A stretch of DNA of 64,000 bases from Bacilli bacterium (lineage in GTDB: Bacteria > Bacillota_I > Bacilli_A > RF39 > UBA660). The notes below the pieces were generated by a model. It ran no database searches. It saw nothing but the letters and a program-made list of their open reading frames with translations, and was not told the origin of the DNA. How positions within the stretch are numbered: position 1 is the first letter of the stretch; every line of letters begins with the position of its first letter. The translations under genes and the position numbers were made by a program. Positions 59,221 through 64,000 of the stretch are shown one piece after another. The stretch lies in contig JBKDZP010000004.1 of the NCBI GenBank assembly GCA_047971315.1, positions 71,717 through 135,716 on the forward strand. The letters run 5' to 3'.

Positions 59221-60162
59221 ATGAACAAAAAAATTGTAGTACTTGGAGGGGGGACTGGAATGTCAACCCTTCTTAAAGGCTTAAAATTATTTCCAGTGGA
59301 TATAACAGCAATTGTATCAGTATGCGATGATGGACAAAGCACTGGAAGGCTTAGACAAGAATTTAATACCCCTGCTGTAGGTGATCTTCGTAAGGTACTT
59401 ACAGCTCTTTCGGTAACAGAGCCAATTTTTGAAAAATTAGTAAATTATAGATTTAATACTACAAGTGACCTTAATGGACATACTATTGGTAATTTAATAT
59501 TAACAGCTATGGCAAATATTACTGGAAATATGTCAAGTGGAGTAAGCGAAATTAGTAAAATATTTAATTTAAAAGGAACTGTTTTACCACTAACTGAAGA
59601 TAATGTTATTTTAATGGCTCAAATGAATGATGAAAGTATAGTTGAAGGAGAACATAACATTACCACAACAAATAAAAAAATTAAAAAGGTTTTCTATAAG
59701 GAAACGCCAGTTGTATGTCAAAATGTAATTCAAGCAATAAATGAAGCTGATTTAATTATTTTGAGTATGGGTAGTTTATACACAAGCTTAATTCCTAACT
59801 TAATTTGTAATGAGATAATAGAAGCAATTGATAATAGTAAATCAAAAATAATGTATGTTTGTAATATGATGACACAACCAGGAGAGACAGATAACTATAA
59901 AGTAAGTAATCATTTGGAAGTAATAAATAGTTATTTAAAAGAAAGAAAAATAGATATTGTTATAGCTAATGATGGAATAATTGATAAAGAAGTAAAGGAA
60001 AAATATCAAACAAAAGAACAAAAAGATCAAGTATACATAGATAAATTAAATAAATTTGATATAGAACTAATTCATAATGATTATGTTGCAATAGAAAATG
60101 AGATAATAAGACACAGAGTTGAAAAGCTAGCTCTTGATATATTCGCTTTTTTAATTAAATAA
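59221..60162 (+). CDS. yvcK: YvcK-family gluconeogenesis/morphology factor (CofD-like)
   Basis: 313 aa. Contains VVLGGGTGMSTLLKGLK and GSLYTSLIPNL. Confidence 0.9.
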   Translation: MNKKIVVLGGGTGMSTLLKGLKLFPVDITAIVSVCDDGQSTGRLRQEFNTPAVGDLRKVLTALSVTEPIFEKLVNYRFNTTSDLNGHTIGNLILTAMANITGNMSSGVSEISKIFNLKGTVLPLTEDNVILMAQMNDESIVEGEHNITTTNKKIKKVFYKETPVVCQNVIQAINEADLIILSMGSLYTSLIPNLICNEIIEAIDNSKSKIMYVCNMMTQPGETDNYKVSNHLEVINSYLKERKIDIVIANDGIIDKEVKEKYQTKEQKDQVYIDKLNKFDIELIHNDYVAIENEIIRHRVEKLALDIFAFLIK

Positions 60163-61079
60163 TGTCATTCACAAGTATTGTAAAAAATGAAGTAAGTCAT
60201 TTAAAAACAAATAAAATAGAAAATATAAGCGAATTATCCGCAATTATTAAAAATATTGGAACAATAGACGAAAATATCAAAATTATTTCAGAAAATGCCA
60301 GTTTAGCAAGAAGAATATTTAATTTAATAAAAGATACTTATCAAATCACATCAAAAATTACAGTAAGAAAAGGATATAATTTTAATAAAAATTTGATTTA
60401 TATCTTAGAAATAAATAATAAAATCAAAATTAAACAAATAATTGAAGATTTATCAATAAAAAATATTCCAAGCAAATACATTTATGAAGATGAAGAACTA
60501 AAAAAAGCTTATTTAAGAGGTTTGTTCTTAAGTACAGGAAGTGTTAATGATCCAAAAACATCAAGATATCATCTTGAATTTATTGTTGATACAGATGAAT
60601 ATGCAAAATTTATTGTAGATTTATTAAATTCATATAATCTAAATAGCAAAATTTTAAAAAGAGAATCAAAATATATGATATATATAAAAGAAGCAGAAAA
60701 AATTGGTGATTTTTTAAGAATTCTTCAAGCGATTAATGCAGTATTTTATTATGAAGACATCAGAATATATAGAGACCATAAAAATATGACTAATCGTCTT
60801 AATAATTGTGAACAAGCAAATGTTGATAAGATAATTGAAACAGCCAATAAACAAATAAGTGATATAAAAAAAATACAGAGCAACGGATTACTTGATCTTC
60901 TTGATGAAAAAACAAAAGAAACTGCTATTTATCGGATTAAATATCCAGAGGTTTCTCTTTTAGAACTTAGTGAAATAATAACACTTGAAACAGGTAATCA
61001 AATAACAAAATCCGGATTATTTCATAGACTAAAAAAAATAGAAAATCTAGCAAATAAATTTAAAAAAGATAATGAATGA
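60162..61079 (+). CDS. whiA: DNA-binding protein WhiA
   Basis: 305 aa. LAGLIDADG-like repeats (YLRGLFLSTGSVNDP) and a C-terminal HTH. Follows yvcK. Confidence 0.9.
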   Translation: MSFTSIVKNEVSHLKTNKIENISELSAIIKNIGTIDENIKIISENASLARRIFNLIKDTYQITSKITVRKGYNFNKNLIYILEINNKIKIKQIIEDLSIKNIPSKYIYEDEELKKAYLRGLFLSTGSVNDPKTSRYHLEFIVDTDEYAKFIVDLLNSYNLNSKILKRESKYMIYIKEAEKIGDFLRILQAINAVFYYEDIRIYRDHKNMTNRLNNCEQANVDKIIETANKQISDIKKIQSNGLLDLLDEKTKETAIYRIKYPEVSLLELSEIITLETGNQITKSGLFHRLKKIENLANKFKKDNE

Positions 61080-61098
61080 AAGCTAATTTCTAAAATTG

Positions 61099-61124
61099 AA
61101 AACACATTTGAAAGGTGTTTTTTT
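61099..61124 (+). terminator. intrinsic terminator after whiA
   Basis: The sequence aaaacac-atttgaaag-gtgtttt is followed by a T-run. Confidence 0.6.
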
Positions 61125-61217
61125 CAAAAAATAAATAATTAAAATATTTTAAATAAATCAAGTAAAAATTTAGACAATATAAGAAAATTATAGTATAATA
61201 TAAAAGTGAGGTGGACT

Positions 61218-62074
61218 ATGTCAAATTCATTTGAAAAACTTACAAAATTAATAAAAAGTAGTAATTCAATAATAATAATGACCCATCAACAAATGGATTT
61301 AGATGCCCTTGGATCAGCACTTTGCTTAAATAAAATAATTGACATTTTAAATAAGAAAAGTTTCATATTTTTAGAAGATAAATTAAATAATCCTATAAAA
61401 AAAGCATTAGAAATATTATCAAAAAATATAAAGTTTATTAATAAAGAAACCATTGTAAATAAAGACTTAGACTTACTTATTGTTTTAGATACACATAAAG
61501 AAAAACTACTTGCATATCCACAAATTATACATAAATTCAAAAAGATTGTTATTATTGATCATCACATAATAAACACTGATTTAATAGAAAATACAACATT
61601 AAACATTATAGAAAGTCAATTATCAAGTACAAATGAAATATTGGTTAATTATTTATTATACCTGGAATTACAAGTAGATTCAAATATAGCAACAGTTATG
61701 TTAGCAGGAATTGAAACAGATACAAATAGTTTTAATACAAAGACAACTGAAAAAACATATGAAGCTGCAGCTTATTTAACAAGAATTGGAGCAAATAATT
61801 TAGAAAAAAGTAAATTATTAAAAGAAACAAAAGAAGAATATTTAAAAATACAACAATTAATTAAAAAAAGTTTTATAGTAGAAGATGGAATAGTATTATG
61901 TTTAATGGATAATAAAATATATAAAAACTATAATTTAGCAATAATATAAACCAATATAAAATAATTTCATCACTAGGTGGCGGAGGACATAAAACAGAAG
62001 CAGCCTGTATATTTGAAAATAAAACAAAAACTGAAGTTAAACAAATTTTAATAGATAGAATTAAGGTGAAATAA
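61218..62074 (+). pseudogene. DHH/DHHA1 phosphoesterase (NrnA/GdpP-catalytic-type) split by a frameshift near the 3' end
   Basis: ATG at 61218 after GAGGTGG. Contains DLDALGS, DTH and DHH. Frame 1 stops at 61947-61949. The DHHA1 signature SLGGGGHKTEAAC is encoded in another frame (open 61934-62074) that ends 1 nt into the rplI ATG. Confidence 0.65.
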
Positions 62075-62520
62075 TGAATGTAATTTTTACAAAAGACGTT
62101 AAAGGTCAAGGAAAAAAAAATGAAATAAAAGAAGTGAGTGATGGTTTTGCAACAAACTTTTTAATAAAAAAAGGACTTGCAGTTATGGCTAGCACAAATA
62201 ATCTAAAAAATCTTCAAAAAAATATTGAAGAAATGAAATTAGAGGAAAACCTTCATATAAAAGATATGGAAAAACTTAAATCAAAAATCGAAAAAGAAGA
62301 AATAATTTTCCATGTAAAAACAGGAAACTTTGATAAAATGTTTGGCCAAATATCTTCTAAACAGATAAAATCAGAACTAGATAAAATAGGATATCAGATA
62401 GATAAAACAAATATAAATTTATCTAACTCAATAACAAATTTAGGATATCATCAGGTTCAAATAGAATTGCATAAAGAAGTAATAGCAACTCTAAAAATAA
62501 AAGTAATTAAAGAATTGTAG
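62074..62520 (+). CDS. rplI: 50S ribosomal protein L9
   Basis: 148 aa. Starts [36 protein letters not shown]. Confidence 0.95.
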   Translation: MNVIFTKDVKGQGKKNEIKEVSDGFATNFLIKKGLAVMASTNNLKNLQKNIEEMKLEENLHIKDMEKLKSKIEKEEIIFHVKTGNFDKMFGQISSKQIKSELDKIGYQIDKTNINLSNSITNLGYHQVQIELHKEVIATLKIKVIKEL

Positions 62521-62528
62521 GTGAAAAT

Positions 62529-63884
62529 ATGGCCGAAAGAATAATGCCACACAGTATAGAATCCGAGCAATCAGTTTTGGGATCAATGTTTTTATCAAAG
62601 TATGCACTTCAAAAATGTGTAGAAAATTTAACACCAGAATTATTTTACTTAGATTCACACAGTAAAATATTTAGTGCAATTTGTGATTTAGTAGAAAAAT
62701 CTATCCCATTTGACTCAACAACACTAACTGCAGAATTGGATAGAAGAAATGAACTTAAACAAGTAGGTAATGTTGAATACATAACTGAATTAGTTACAAT
62801 GGTTCCATCAGCAGCTAATATAGATGAATATATTAAAATTGTTGAAGAAAAAGCAATATTAAGAAAATTAATCGAAACAGCAATTACTATTGAAACAGAT
62901 TGTTATAAATCAAGTGATAAAATTGAGGATCTATTAAATGATGCTGAAAAGAAAATCCTAAATGTAGTTAAAACTAAACAAGGAACAGAATTTAGATCTA
63001 TTCAAGATGTTTTATTTAAAACACAGTCTGATTTAGAAAAATTAGCTCAAAATAAAGGTGAAATCACAGGATTATCAACTGGTTTCTATGAAATTGATAA
63101 ATTAACAACGGGATTGCATGCTAATGAATTAATAATAATAGCAGCTAGACCAGGAATGGGTAAAACAGCATTTGCTTTAAATCTTGCAACTAATATTGCA
63201 TCAGGAAATAAAACAACTGTTGCCCTATTTAATATGGAAATGGGTGCTGAACAACTAGCAACTCGTATGCTATCATCTGTTGGCCAAATCGATGGATACA
63301 AATTAAGAAATGGACGTCTAGAACATAATGATTGGAGAAGATTAAACGAAGCAATTAGTAGATTAGCTGAAACCAATATATTTATTGATGATACTCCAGG
63401 TATGACAATTGGAGAAATTAGAGCAAAATGTCGTCGATTAGCAACTACAGAAAAAGGCTTAGGAATAGTAATAATAGATTACCTACAATTAATAAGTGGA
63501 TCAGCGAGATACCTAGGAAATAGACAACAAGAAATTTCAGAAATATCAAGATCACTAAAAACTCTTGCTATGGAACTTGAAATCCCAGTAATTGCTTTAG
63601 CTCAACTATCTCGTAGTGTTGAAGGAAGAGACGATAAAAGACCATTACTTAGTGATTTAAGAGAATCCGGATCAATTGAACAAGATGCTGACATAGTTTC
63701 ATTTTTATTTAGAGAAGACTATTATACAAAAGAAATTTCTATCGACGAGAACACAAGTAAAAGTGAATTTATTATTGCAAAACATAGAAATGGTCCAACT
63801 AAAACAGTAGACTTAGCATTTAAAAAAAATACAAGTACATTTATTGATTTTGTTGATGAAAAGCAATCTGAGGTGACATCATGA
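62529..63884 (+). CDS. dnaB: replicative DNA helicase (DnaB family; DnaC in B. subtilis nomenclature)
   Basis: 451 aa. Contains PHSIESEQSVLGSM, Walker A ARPGMGKTAF, IDYLQL and AKHRNGP. Confidence 0.95.
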   Translation: MAERIMPHSIESEQSVLGSMFLSKYALQKCVENLTPELFYLDSHSKIFSAICDLVEKSIPFDSTTLTAELDRRNELKQVGNVEYITELVTMVPSAANIDEYIKIVEEKAILRKLIETAITIETDCYKSSDKIEDLLNDAEKKILNVVKTKQGTEFRSIQDVLFKTQSDLEKLAQNKGEITGLSTGFYEIDKLTTGLHANELIIIAARPGMGKTAFALNLATNIASGNKTTVALFNMEMGAEQLATRMLSSVGQIDGYKLRNGRLEHNDWRRLNEAISRLAETNIFIDDTPGMTIGEIRAKCRRLATTEKGLGIVIIDYLQLISGSARYLGNRQQEISEISRSLKTLAMELEIPVIALAQLSRSVEGRDDKRPLLSDLRESGSIEQDADIVSFLFREDYYTKEISIDENTSKSEFIIAKHRNGPTKTVDLAFKKNTSTFIDFVDEKQSEVTS

Positions 63885-64000
63885 AAAAATTGATTAAAGT
63901 AGTATCATTTATAATTTTAATTTTTGCTATATCTTATTTATGTTTTGCTAATAGAAAAACAATTGAACCAAATATTTATTATTTAGTATATTTAGATAAT
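63881..64000 (+). CDS. start of a membrane or secreted protein (runs off the window)
   Basis: ATG overlaps the dnaB stop (ATGA). Sequence MKKLIKVVSFIILIFAISYLCFANRK.... Confidence 0.3.
   Translation, partial: MKKLIKVVSFIILIFAISYLCFANRKTIEPNIYYLVYLDN

Overview
This window is the replication-origin region of a very AT-rich Bacillota (Firmicutes) chromosome, and its gene order closely follows Bacillus subtilis. On the minus strand, running leftward from the origin: dnaA, dnaN, comK-like, recF, gyrB, gyrA, two parS sites, SRP RNA, tadA, dnaX, ebfC, recR, bofA, holB, yaaT/ricT, yabB-like, rsmI, pth, mfd, spoVT. After a plus-strand CBS-pyrophosphatase gene the minus strand continues with a T-box, dut, metG, tatD, yabE-like, rsmA, ung, tilS, ftsH, a large pilin-leader/glycine-rich protein, ffh, cotD-like, yebC, a T-box, glyQS, sepF, divIVA, a T-box, a CaCA antiporter and the start of ileS. 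On the plus strand, running rightward from the origin: rpmH, rnpA, yidC, jag, an HD protein, mnmE, mnmG, rsmG, noc-like, a decayed ~4.7 kb integrative island inside the uvrB 5' end, uvrB, a radical SAM gene, yvlD-like, lgt, yvcK, whiA, a DHH phosphoesterase, rplI and dnaB. DnaA boxes lie on both sides of dnaA. I recognised no rRNA, tRNA or CRISPR array. The items most worth a second look are listed here.
- A monocistronic 848-aa protein that joins a type IV prepilin leader, FN3-like repeats and an ALK/LTK-type glycine-rich domain.
- The wrecked island in uvrB, bounded by long diverged direct repeats and carrying a 10-mer motif array at both ends.
- Three T-box leaders: one has an apparently ultrashort Stem I, and one drives an antiporter-ileS operon.
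- A comK-like gene in the dnaN-recF slot with no canonical start codon.
- A Noc-type ParB with a ~400-aa low-complexity insertion and NBS half-sites in its own promoter.
- In-frame stops or frameshifts in core genes (gyrB TAG, ileS TGA, DHH frameshift). These indicate either consensus errors or real decay or recoding.
All homology calls come from reading the translations and recalling family motifs. No database search was run.
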